Below are positions 53,355-62,347 of a stretch of 64,000 nucleotides of DNA, one piece after another. A program made the translations under genes and the position numbers. The notes below the pieces were generated by a model. The model was given only the letters and a program-made list of their open reading frames with translations. It ran no database searches and was not told where the DNA came from. Origin of the DNA: Bacilli bacterium (GTDB lineage: Bacteria; Bacillota_I; Bacilli_A; RFN20; CAG-826); NCBI GenBank assembly GCA_045597865.1, contig JAZLKX010000052.1, forward strand, positions 43,017-107,016. Direction: 5' to 3'. Each line of letters opens with the position of its first letter. Position 1 is the first letter of the stretch.

Positions 53355-56066
53355 ATGATAAATAAGATTGATGAAAATCCTATTGCTCAACCGCGTGCAT
53401 ATAAGCATGTCTATTATGATAAGTTTACGAAGAACATTTGTGTTCGTTATGTAGGTGATGACGAATTTACAAAAATTCCATATAAGAAAGATTATTGGGT
53501 GCAGGATCCTACAGGCAAGTCAGAATGGAAGGATCAGTTCGGTATACCGATGGTTCGTCGTCAAATGACAGACAGTGATGTTATCAAGAATATGAAGGCG
53601 AATGGTATCATTATTGCTGAATCTGATTTGAAAGAAGAAGCAAAGTGGATGCACGACATTTATGATAAGTTTGAACTTACCGCGAATGTTGATGACTGGC
53701 ATATTGGTTTCTATGATATTGAAGTTGCTGCTGGCAATAGCGGCTTTCCTAAGCCTGAAGAAGCTGCATGGCCGATTAACTTGATTACGGTTTATTCATC
53801 AAAGACAAAGGAATATTATACTTGGTCTATCTATCCTGAAGATATTCATGAAGATGACATTATTCAACATCATCGTGGTTTTCATGATGAAATGGATATG
53901 TTGAAGGATTGGCTAAAATGGTTCAAGAATCAGCACTTTGACATCATTGCGGGTTGGAACTCAATTCTGTTTGACATGCCGTACATCGTGAACCGTATTA
54001 AGCGTCTTCGTGATGAAAGAGGTATTCAAACTGAATATGAATGCGCATTGTCTCCATTGGGCAAGCGTCCTATTCCAAAAGATATTGCTGACAAAAAGCA
54101 GAAAAACGAACTAGGTACATCTTATGACATTCCTGGCTTGTTGCATTTTGACTATATGGAACTTTGGAAGACATTTGCTTCACATCCGCCGATGGCATCA
54201 TATTCACTTAATACCGTTGCTCAATTCGTAACTGGTGAAGGTAAGCTGGAATATGAAGGAACTATCAATACAGTTTGGCAAGATCCAAAGCTAAGACAAC
54301 AGTTTGGTCAGTATAACGTCGTTGACGTAAAGAGTAATGTCAACATTGAAGCAAAGTGTCAGATCATGCCATTGATTATTGGTTATGCGTATGACTGTTT
54401 GGTGACGGTTGATAAGGTCTATAATAAAGTTCCGACCACTGAAGGTTACATGCTTCGTTACATGCATGCTGAAAAGAAGGTTATGCGTGATAGAGCCGAT
54501 CATCATGTTGACTGGTGGAAAAACGAGGAATGCTTTAAGGTAAAGCGAGCTGATGGTTCCATCTATTATCAGAACTGCAACTGGGAAAACAATGAATTTG
54601 ACTTTGATGACTTCGGCGTGAAAGCAGGTTACTGTTATGACTATCCTGGCCGATATGACGACTGTATGAGCTTTGACATTACATCAAGCTATCCTCATCA
54701 TATCATGCAGTTTATGATTTCGCCTGAATGCAAAATTGCTCATCCGAAGAAGGAAGATATTGAAAGCGGTCGTGTTATTGCTTCCGATGTCGCTGAGGTT
54801 GGTTTCTTGAATGATCCAAACGCAATTCTTCCAAATATCGTTAAGAAGGTATTTGATGAAAGAAAACAGTATAAGAAACTGATGAAGGAAGCAAAGAAGA
54901 ACGGCGATATGGCGTTGGCAGCTTTGTATGATAACCGTCAGGGTATTAAGAAGATTATCATTAACTCTATGTATGGTGTCTGTCTGACTGCATCATTCCA
55001 CATGTATGACATTGACTGCGCTCGTTCAATTACTCGCTGTGCTCGTGTTACTCTTCGTGATTGGCTGAAGAAGTATCTTGACCAGTATTATGTATCAACC
55101 GCAATGCTTTCCGATGTTCAGAAACATTGGGGAATTACATTGAAGAATACAACACCGCTCAAGATTAAGAATCGTGAATGCGTCTGTGTGCACGCTGATA
55201 CTGACAGCCTCTATTTCTGTATCAATGAATTGAAACTTCGTCTTCGTGAAGAAGGTATCAAGATTGAAACGGAAGAAGAACATCGCGAGTTTTATGCAAA
55301 GGCTGAAGAAATGTTCCAAGAATTCTTTGTGAAGGTTCTTGAAATCCGAGCTAAGGCAAGTAAGACAGTAAACAAGATTAACTATAACCGTGAAAACGTT
55401 TTTTCTAACATGTTCTGTTTCGCAAAGAAACTTTACATCGGAAATGTAATTGACGCTGAAGGTACTCCGTATCCATTTGAAAAACCGAAACATAAGATCA
55501 TGGGCGTGCCTATTAAGCGTTCTGATATGCCGGAATTCTGTAAGGAAGCTGCTGAAGAACTTGCATTCGCGATTTGTTCTGGACAGGATTATGAAACATC
55601 TGATAAGTTCATTAAGGATGTGTACGCAAAGTTCCAAGAAGCAGGTCCGAATGCCGTTTCTGCCAAGAAGTCAATTTCTGAATACACTAAGTATGTAAAG
55701 GAACCGATTGAAAATTATGTAAAGAACGGACTTCACTTTGATAAGGGACAGGTATTCAATGCAAAGTGTGCTTTAGCTTACAATTATGTTATCGCTAAGC
55801 ATAAGTTGCCGTACATGCCGATTATGAATGGGAACAAGTTTAATTATGTGTATGTCAAGCCAACGAACAGATATAACATTGAAGCAACTGCATTCATTGG
55901 AAACTGGCCGAAGGAATTTGATAGCATCTTTGAAGTTGACTACGAAACGATGTTCAACAAGACATTCATTCCGCTGTTTGAAAATATGTTCCAAGTAGCT
56001 AAATGGATTGGACCGAAGGATCATATCTCACTTGAATCTGGTGGACTTGATAGCTTCTTCTTTTAA
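53355..56066 (+). CDS. Family-B DNA polymerase (T4 gp43-like)
   Basis: ExoI FYDIEV, motif A DITSSYP, motif B KKIIINSMYGV, motif C HADTDSLY. 903 aa. Confidence 0.9.
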   Translation: MINKIDENPIAQPRAYKHVYYDKFTKNICVRYVGDDEFTKIPYKKDYWVQDPTGKSEWKDQFGIPMVRRQMTDSDVIKNMKANGIIIAESDLKEEAKWMHDIYDKFELTANVDDWHIGFYDIEVAAGNSGFPKPEEAAWPINLITVYSSKTKEYYTWSIYPEDIHEDDIIQHHRGFHDEMDMLKDWLKWFKNQHFDIIAGWNSILFDMPYIVNRIKRLRDERGIQTEYECALSPLGKRPIPKDIADKKQKNELGTSYDIPGLLHFDYMELWKTFASHPPMASYSLNTVAQFVTGEGKLEYEGTINTVWQDPKLRQQFGQYNVVDVKSNVNIEAKCQIMPLIIGYAYDCLVTVDKVYNKVPTTEGYMLRYMHAEKKVMRDRADHHVDWWKNEECFKVKRADGSIYYQNCNWENNEFDFDDFGVKAGYCYDYPGRYDDCMSFDITSSYPHHIMQFMISPECKIAHPKKEDIESGRVIASDVAEVGFLNDPNAILPNIVKKVFDERKQYKKLMKEAKKNGDMALAALYDNRQGIKKIIINSMYGVCLTASFHMYDIDCARSITRCARVTLRDWLKKYLDQYYVSTAMLSDVQKHWGITLKNTTPLKIKNRECVCVHADTDSLYFCINELKLRLREEGIKIETEEEHREFYAKAEEMFQEFFVKVLEIRAKASKTVNKINYNRENVFSNMFCFAKKLYIGNVIDAEGTPYPFEKPKHKIMGVPIKRSDMPEFCKEAAEELAFAICSGQDYETSDKFIKDVYAKFQEAGPNAVSAKKSISEYTKYVKEPIENYVKNGLHFDKGQVFNAKCALAYNYVIAKHKLPYMPIMNGNKFNYVYVKPTNRYNIEATAFIGNWPKEFDSIFEVDYETMFNKTFIPLFENMFQVAKWIGPKDHISLESGGLDSFFF

Positions 56067-56078
56067 AGGATAACTAAT

Positions 56079-56864
56079 ATGTACTGGAAACAAAACGTCA
56101 TTTGCGAAATCTACGCTGCAATGCTAGAATACATCAATACACAATGTGAAGCACATGAGATCGGCGCCACATTCGTTGATGTAAAACAGTTTAGACCGCA
56201 ACAGTATCGTGCTTCGCCGTTGGGTGAGCTACAGGCTAAAGTTCATAACTATGATGCACCTGACGAGGATTCTTACGACGTGAAATACTTAGCCGAACTT
56301 GAATATGACCATGGAAGTCCACATTGGCGTTTAACTGACCCTGATGGAAATACATGTGATAATGCTGTTTTGAAAAATCAGCCAAAACTTTTTAACATGG
56401 CCGTTATCCTTGAAGGAGGTGAGCATAAATTCATTTTGGGTTTAGGCCGCATTAGACCCGCTGTTGGCTTGCCTAGCTATTATAGTTATGGTGACCCAGG
56501 TGACCCTGCCATTGCGACTAAACTCAAACTTGACACTTATGAAATCGGCTATGATGTACTGTCTTTTACTGAGGAAGAATATAAGCAGTATGGTATTGTC
56601 TCTATACTTACTCAATTAAAAACGGTCGTTGATAAACAATTCATCAAAGTTGAAAAGTTTAAGGAAATGTATGAAGACTATTTTAAACTTCAAGCTGAGC
56701 AAATTAAACTGATGGAAGAGCAGAAAGAACACCTTCGCCGTAAAGGTGAGGTAATTGCTAAAAAGATGAACATTTGGATTGAGGCAGCTGAACAAGGCGA
56801 TTTAGATGGTATAGATATAACAGAAAATGAAGAAGGAGTTACTTGTGGTAAAATTAATGTATAA
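56079..56864 (+). CDS. Hypothetical protein
   Basis: ORF track. Confidence 0.6.
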   Translation: MYWKQNVICEIYAAMLEYINTQCEAHEIGATFVDVKQFRPQQYRASPLGELQAKVHNYDAPDEDSYDVKYLAELEYDHGSPHWRLTDPDGNTCDNAVLKNQPKLFNMAVILEGGEHKFILGLGRIRPAVGLPSYYSYGDPGDPAIATKLKLDTYEIGYDVLSFTEEEYKQYGIVSILTQLKTVVDKQFIKVEKFKEMYEDYFKLQAEQIKLMEEQKEHLRRKGEVIAKKMNIWIEAAEQGDLDGIDITENEEGVTCGKINV

Positions 56865-57111
56865 CCCAAAGACAAAGGAACTTGATATTGTATGTAATCA
56901 ACTAGGATGCACCCCTGGTGATTCTGAACAGTCTATTTTCTTTAGAAACTATATCTTAAGCAATGTTAGGCGTCGTGTTGAAAACGCAAAGACTGATTGG
57001 GATGTACTTGAAGCATTAACGATACTTGACACAAATAAGTTTAAATCAGAAAAGACCTATGTTGAGAATGGTAAAATGATCATTGAATACTCTATGGTCA
57101 TTGATGAATAA
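56827..57111 (+). CDS. Hypothetical protein (start 56827 or 56857)
   Basis: ORF track; overlaps the upstream gene. Confidence 0.5.
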   Translation: MKKELLVVKLMYNPKTKELDIVCNQLGCTPGDSEQSIFFRNYILSNVRRRVENAKTDWDVLEALTILDTNKFKSEKTYVENGKMIIEYSMVIDE

Positions 57112-57138
57112 ATAATTCACAATTAAAAGGAGAACTAT

Positions 57139-57339
57139 ATGAAGTTCATTATGGAAGGAGCAGCACAGCAGTGCCCAGCCGCAATTGGTATGTTGACAGA
57201 AGATCTTCTGTTGAACCCAACATTGGCAAATGAAAAGCTAAGCAGCTTTAAGTTACAGATTAACCGTGTGGAAACCGTAAATGGTGAAAAGGTCGTGTAC
57301 ATCAAAGAAAGCGCAAACGATAACCTTCTCTTGGGGTAA
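57139..57339 (+). CDS. Hypothetical protein
   Basis: SD aaaggag. Confidence 0.5.
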   Translation: MKFIMEGAAQQCPAAIGMLTEDLLLNPTLANEKLSSFKLQINRVETVNGEKVVYIKESANDNLLLG

Positions 57340-57341
57340 TT

Positions 57342-57785
57342 ATGTCAGAACAGATTAAGAACCTACCCGATTCAGCAAAAGCACATCTTTTTCAGATGAC
57401 CTTTACAGGCATTGGCGATGATGAAATGACTGAGGCTTTGAAGCTTCGTGCTAAGTCCATTGAAACATCGCCTATCACAAAGAACCAGCTTGTACAGTTT
57501 ACTGTGGCATTTGATGAAGCTGAAGATTTTGCTACTTTGCCGTTCTGGTATGAAATGCTAGCTGATGCAGGTACAGTGACTGAAGAAGAGTTTGAAAACC
57601 AGTCATTCACACTTGATGTAAACATCTACAATGACAAAATGGAAAAGGTCATTGGCAAGACTCGTTTTAATAGTGTTAACCCTGTCGTGATTGGACCGCT
57701 TGTACTTAACCAGGAAGGCGATGGCAAGTTGCAGTATAAAGTAACCTTTATGGCTAAGAACTGTGAAGTTCTAAAGGGAGAATAA
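57342..57785 (+). CDS. Hypothetical protein
   Basis: ORF track. Confidence 0.55.
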   Translation: MSEQIKNLPDSAKAHLFQMTFTGIGDDEMTEALKLRAKSIETSPITKNQLVQFTVAFDEAEDFATLPFWYEMLADAGTVTEEEFENQSFTLDVNIYNDKMEKVIGKTRFNSVNPVVIGPLVLNQEGDGKLQYKVTFMAKNCEVLKGE

Positions 57786-57786
57786 C

Positions 57787-58242
57787 ATGGCTGATATTCT
57801 ATTCACAGGTAAGATGACTTCCTTTAACGCAAATGTGCCGGTAAAGGAATCTGCTATCACAAAGTTCACTGTTGTCGTTACGGAAGAAACAAGTGTACGT
57901 ACTTTCCCGGGTCAGTTTAAGCATCCCAAGATGGATGTGTTTGACTCTATCGCAAATAATGATATCTTTGACAAGATCAGTATTCCGTGTAAGGACTATC
58001 TTGTTGAATATGATATGGTTTTTGGCGATACTGCATTCGTAGCCAAACTTGATAATCTTTCCGCAACAATTAAGCACACAAAAGATGGCTCGCCATTTAC
58101 CGTTTATACACTTCGCTTTGTTAAGGAAGTTGAAAAGGACATTGACTGGCAGCTTTCTTGCTATGCTAAATTGAAGGAAGAAAACGAGGAAGGTAAAAAG
58201 GTTGATAAGCTCTTTACTTGCTCAATGACCGAAAAGGAATAG
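57787..58242 (+). CDS. Hypothetical protein
   Basis: ORF track. Confidence 0.55.
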   Translation: MADILFTGKMTSFNANVPVKESAITKFTVVVTEETSVRTFPGQFKHPKMDVFDSIANNDIFDKISIPCKDYLVEYDMVFGDTAFVAKLDNLSATIKHTKDGSPFTVYTLRFVKEVEKDIDWQLSCYAKLKEENEEGKKVDKLFTCSMTEKE

Positions 58243-58278
58243 TATTTTAAGTAAACAGACAATAAATCTGCTTAAAAG

Positions 58279-58304
58279 GAGGGAAACATTAGTTTCCCTC
58301 TTTT
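58279..58304 (+). terminator. Rho-independent terminator
   Basis: gagggaaac atta gtttccctc, a perfect 9-bp stem, plus tttt. Confidence 0.85.
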
Positions 58305-58322
58305 GGACTTTAATATTAGCAA

Positions 58323-58510
58323 CTGCTTAAATTTCATTAAAACAGGCAAATATGAAAAAATATGAAAAAATTGCTGAGGTTGGAAATTTTGATACTTAAA
58401 TTTCATAAATTTAAGCAGTTTTATTACAGTTTTTTATGAAAAACATCTGTGGTTGTGTTGTAATTCATTATTACGGTCAATTATACGGATAACACGAAAA
58501 TTACAGTTTT
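58323..58510 (+). repeat. Non-coding module, copy B (same boxes as 11056-11181, plus a 12-bp inverted repeat and a tandem 10-mer)
   Basis: Boxes at 58326, 58395, 58420, 58447, 58485 and 58500. Inverted repeat ctgcttaaattt 58323-34 / aaatttaagcag 58407-18. tatgaaaaaa x2 at 58351-58370. Confidence 0.7.
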
Positions 58511-58638
58511 ATCACGAAAACATCGGAAATATATACTGCAGGTTTTGACGGATTTTTATTGATGTTCAACGCCTAAAGAGGGTTTACAAATGTTCCTCTT
58601 TTAATTAAATTTTTAACATAAACCAATTGAGGTTAATC

Positions 58639-58821
58639 ATGGCTAAAACAAAAACACGTGAATGTACAGATAAGTTGCTTGAACGCTTGGAAGACGGTAT
58701 TCTTTCTTGGGAAGAAGTTTGTCGTGAATGCCTTGCGGAAATGTCAGAAGACGATGTCGCTGACATGTGCAGCAAATGTGAATATCTGGACGAAGACGGA
58801 TACGGGGAAGATGAAGACTAA
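58639..58821 (+). CDS. Small acidic Cys-rich protein
   Basis: ATG 58639 lies after gagg. CRECL...CSKCE pairs and a DEDGYGEDED tail. Confidence 0.5.
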   Translation: MAKTKTRECTDKLLERLEDGILSWEEVCRECLAEMSEDDVADMCSKCEYLDEDGYGEDED

Positions 58822-59080
58822 AAAACTTTCCTTGCAGGAATATGTGGATTTTGTTTTATCCTATATCCCGGAAATGAACATTGAAACTATTGAACATTGG
58901 TATAGTTTCAATGAATGCCAGAAAACTGAAGATGACGCTTACTGGTATGTCAATATGTGGCGAGCAATAAAACAGGCCGATGCGATTAAGCCGGACTGGT
59001 TTGATATGCAGCCGACTGACCGTGAGCGTTACTTAAATGAACTAGCTGACTGTATGCCGGAGCCAATGAGGATTGCTTAA
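58811..59080 (+). CDS. Hypothetical protein
   Basis: ATG 58811, in frame with track ORF 58658. Confidence 0.5.
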   Translation: MKTKKLSLQEYVDFVLSYIPEMNIETIEHWYSFNECQKTEDDAYWYVNMWRAIKQADAIKPDWFDMQPTDRERYLNELADCMPEPMRIA

Positions 59081-59082
59081 CT

Positions 59083-59316
59083 ATGATTTTTGAACATTCT
59101 TTTAGCAATGGTAACAGAGTTGCTATTGATCTTTCATCAGTAAGATATGTTGGGCTTGAACACAGAGCAGATGATAGTGAAATCACCTTTCACTATAAAG
59201 GATTAGTAAAATCCGACAACAGTGGACTGGTATTTCACAGCAAAGATCATGAAACTCGTTCAAATACGGTATATGAAGAAATCCTTAAAGCTTTTAAAGG
59301 AGAAAACTCAATATGA
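59083..59316 (+). CDS. Hypothetical protein
   Basis: ORF track. Confidence 0.5.
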   Translation: MIFEHSFSNGNRVAIDLSSVRYVGLEHRADDSEITFHYKGLVKSDNSGLVFHSKDHETRSNTVYEEILKAFKGENSI

Positions 59317-59597
59317 CACTTGAAGAACTTCAGAAATACGAAAATGCCAAAAAGGTAACAAATCCATACTTTAAGCATATCTTGCCGCGCTGGCGAGACG
59401 CCGTACTTCACGTATGGAATGATGACTTAAAGATTACATCTCCTTTCCGTCTCGCTGAATATCATCAACTTTTGGAATCTTATGGTCGCATTATTGTTGA
59501 TGACGCTGACTTTAAGGCAGAAATTGAAGCTAAGCGTAATAAGATTACTGCTATCCTGCAGGTACATGGACATTTCATTGATGTTGAGGTTGACTAA
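59313..59597 (+). CDS. Hypothetical protein
   Basis: ATGA overlap. Confidence 0.5.
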   Translation: MTLEELQKYENAKKVTNPYFKHILPRWRDAVLHVWNDDLKITSPFRLAEYHQLLESYGRIIVDDADFKAEIEAKRNKITAILQVHGHFIDVEVD

Positions 59598-59782
59598 TGA
59601 AAGCAAAAGATTTGATTGCCATTCTTGAAAGTGACCCTGAAGCAGAAGTTCTTGTTCAGGTGAAAGTAACTCGTGAAGAAAATGGTTATAAACATGCTGT
59701 CAATGAATGGGTTCCTATTGAAGAAAGGCATGTTATGAAGCCGCCTTTTGGTGGACGCCAAATTTTCCTTGGCGCCTATTAG
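59597..59782 (+). CDS. Hypothetical protein
   Basis: TAATG overlap. Confidence 0.5.
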   Translation: MKAKDLIAILESDPEAEVLVQVKVTREENGYKHAVNEWVPIEERHVMKPPFGGRQIFLGAY

Positions 59783-59790
59783 GAGGAAAC

Positions 59791-60408
59791 ATGCTAAAGC
59801 GACTTGATAAGTTTATTGACTCGGTCAAGGCTTGGCTAAAGTCTGATTCCATTTCAAAGTCAATTAAAGAAGGCCCAAAGGTTGTGAAAGCAAAAGCTGC
59901 TGAAATCAAAAAGACTATGGCTAGCAAAGAACCATCAAAGCCGGCGCCTAAGAAAAAGGCAACGCCCAAGCCTAAGAAGTTAAAATCAAATGATAAGCTC
60001 AGATATGTTGAGTCTAGTTCATGGGGTGTTATGAATATGACACTTGCTGACGCCGGCATGTATGTTTATCCTTTTGACCCAAACATGCCTATTTCCGTTC
60101 CGCAGCTTTTATGGTGTTTAGGAAAACAAAACTGGGCAAGCTGCGGCTTTTTGCTGCAGGTATATAATGACCAAAATGTTGGCTTTCAGTATCAGTGGAT
60201 GTTTGTAGCATCTGACGATAATGAAAAATTGAAAATGCACGATCTGGTCTACATTTATTCAAAAAGCGGTGTAACTAAACTTATCAATTCTGGAAAGACA
60301 CTTGATGCACTTGCTTTAAACATGGAAACCTATGTAAAACAGGTAAGGAGCGAAATTATCAAAAAGGCAATTCTTGCTGATGATAATTTCAACTACTTTG
60401 AAGTTTAA
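59791..60408 (+). CDS. Hypothetical protein with a Lys/Pro-rich linker
   Basis: SD aggagg; KPAPKKKATPKPKK tract. Confidence 0.55.
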   Translation: MLKRLDKFIDSVKAWLKSDSISKSIKEGPKVVKAKAAEIKKTMASKEPSKPAPKKKATPKPKKLKSNDKLRYVESSSWGVMNMTLADAGMYVYPFDPNMPISVPQLLWCLGKQNWASCGFLLQVYNDQNVGFQYQWMFVASDDNEKLKMHDLVYIYSKSGVTKLINSGKTLDALALNMETYVKQVRSEIIKKAILADDNFNYFEV

Positions 60409-60435
60409 CTGACATACACATTTTGGAAAATAAAA

Positions 60436-60464
60436 TCCGCCCCGTGAAAGGGCGGGTTTTTTTT
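60436..60464 (+). terminator. Rho-independent terminator
   Basis: ccgccc / gggcgg stem plus T8. Confidence 0.8.
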
Positions 60465-60560
60465 GTTATATTTTTACCTAATAAATAATGTGCCAACGGT
60501 TTTTGAACCGTGACAAGAAAAAATAAAGACACATTATGCAAGATCTATTAGGAGAAAAAT

Positions 60561-61676
60561 ATGGCAAATAAATTAGTCGCTAAATTCAAGAAAGAAAAAG
60601 CCTTCGCTGACATTTTGGCAGCAGACAACATTGAGGATGAATTCCTCAGTACGAACTGCGCATCAGTTAACTTGCTGTTCAGCGGTAAGCTTGATGGCGG
60701 TATTAAGAAAGGCAAGATGAATACCATCTGTGCTGATTCTGGCTGGGGTAAGTCGCTTATTGGTTTGAATGTTTTGGCAAATGCGTACCGTGCTGGAATG
60801 ACCTGCGTGGTAATTGATACAGAAAACGCATTTAATACACAGCTTGCAGCATCACTCGGCATTGACATTGATGATATCTTGCTTTTCAGGACTTCACGTA
60901 TTCCTGAAATTAAACAGATTTATGCTCGCATCAACCATGGCCTAACTCGTGCAGAATCTCGTGAGATCTTCGTTCTTCTTGATTCTTGGGGTCCTATTGT
61001 TGAAGAACAGGTTATGGAAAAGGCTGAAGAAGCAAGTTCTGCAGTTAACATGAGCGCGGCTAAGTTCAAGAACGAACTTGCTAATATCATTAACGCTTGT
61101 GGAAACACATCTTTCATTGTTAACCATGTGTATGAATCTCTTCAGATGTATGGCGAAAAGTTTGCTATTCCTGGTGGTAAGAGATTGTTCTTCAACTCTG
61201 ACGCTATCGTTCTTGCAAGCTCTGCTGCAAAGGCAAAGGACAAGGAAGGTAATGTTTATGGCAAGGTAATTACCGCTTCCGTTAAGAAAGGACGTGCTGC
61301 TAAGGAATTTTCTAAGACTAAGTTCTTGATTGAACATTCTGGCGGTATTAACCCTTACTTTGGTCTGCTTGAAGATGCAGTTGCTGCAGGCGTTGTGATT
61401 AAGCCAAAGCCAGGTCGCTATACTCGTCCTGAATATGATACTGATGGACGCGAATGGAAGGAAGAAGAATTGTACTGTGCTAAATTCTGGATTCCTCTTT
61501 ACAAGAACGAAGACTTCATCAAGTTCGTTGAAAAGAAATTTGCCTTTGAAGATACTCAGCTTATTTCTTCTGTTGAGAATATCATGGATCTTATGAATCT
61601 TGATGAAAGCCAGTTGAGCGAAAAGACACTTACGGCTGAAGAAGACGATACGCCGTATGATCCTGACGAAGACTAA
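60561..61676 (+). CDS. uvsX: UvsX-type RecA-family recombinase
   Basis: Walker A DSGWGKS. GGINPYFGLLEDAVAAGVVIKPKPGRYTRPE parallels T4 UvsX GGIDPYSGLLDMALELGFVVKPKNGWYAR. AKFWIPLYKNEDF parallels TTFWGPLFKHQPF. Confidence 0.85.
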   Translation: MANKLVAKFKKEKAFADILAADNIEDEFLSTNCASVNLLFSGKLDGGIKKGKMNTICADSGWGKSLIGLNVLANAYRAGMTCVVIDTENAFNTQLAASLGIDIDDILLFRTSRIPEIKQIYARINHGLTRAESREIFVLLDSWGPIVEEQVMEKAEEASSAVNMSAAKFKNELANIINACGNTSFIVNHVYESLQMYGEKFAIPGGKRLFFNSDAIVLASSAAKAKDKEGNVYGKVITASVKKGRAAKEFSKTKFLIEHSGGINPYFGLLEDAVAAGVVIKPKPGRYTRPEYDTDGREWKEEELYCAKFWIPLYKNEDFIKFVEKKFAFEDTQLISSVENIMDLMNLDESQLSEKTLTAEEDDTPYDPDED

Positions 61677-61699
61677 TCTTTATTAGGAAACACGCATTT

Positions 61700-61735
61700 G
61701 AGATGGACGGAAATTTTCTGCCCATCTCTTTTTTC
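61700..61735 (+). terminator. Rho-independent terminator
   Basis: gagatgg / ccatctc outer stem with inner pairs, plus T-run. Confidence 0.65.
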
Positions 61736-61786
61736 TTAAAAACTTTTTTATATTTTGTTTTGAAATTTTTATAAGGAGAACTGATA

Positions 61787-62347
61787 ATGGTAATTATCGT
61801 TGAAGGTCCAGATAGAACGGGAAAAACAACACAAATCGCAAAGATGAAAGAGCATTATGAAGCTCAAGGTAAATCTGTTCAGGTTATTCATTATGAATCC
61901 ATCAAGAAAGATGAGGGTTTTAAGTACAACGCAAAAATCTTGCAGCAGATGAGCCGTGTTCGTTATGATGACATGTTAAATTTGGCAAATACTTTTGCAG
62001 AAGATGACAAGACCGTACTTATCTTTGACCGTGCTCACTTGGGTGAACTTGTATATGCACCGTTGTTTAGAAAATATGGCGGTGAATATGTTTTCAACTT
62101 GGAAGACAAGTATCCAACTTTCCTTGAAAAAACAAAACTGTTTGTTTTCGTTGATGAAGCAAAAAATCTTGTTAAGCGTGATGATGGCAAGAGCTTGGGC
62201 AAGGTGACTAAAAAGACAAAACAGCGTGAAAAGGATTTGTTTGAGGTCGCATTTGAATGCTCAAACATTAAAGACAAGCACTTGATTAACATCAACAAGA
62301 CAAAAGAAGAAAAAGTGTGGGAATTGGTTAAGGAAAAACTTGTATGA
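61787..62347 (+). CDS. Thymidylate-kinase-fold dNMP kinase
   Basis: IIVEGPDRTGKTTQ P-loop, typical of the Tmk family. ATGA overlap with the hydroxymethylase gene. Confidence 0.7.
   Translation: MVIIVEGPDRTGKTTQIAKMKEHYEAQGKSVQVIHYESIKKDEGFKYNAKILQQMSRVRYDDMLNLANTFAEDDKTVLIFDRAHLGELVYAPLFRKYGGEYVFNLEDKYPTFLEKTKLFVFVDEAKNLVKRDDGKSLGKVTKKTKQREKDLFEVAFECSNIKDKHLININKTKEEKVWELVKEKLV

Noticed and set aside
55095-55637. 180-aa minus-strand ORF inside the DNA polymerase gene.
   Set aside because: It is antisense to the region holding polymerase motif C (DTDS).
58351-58370. Tandem tatgaaaaaa repeat considered as a possible CRISPR or minisatellite seed.
   Set aside because: Only two 10-nt units with no spacers. 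I treated it as part of the regulatory module instead.
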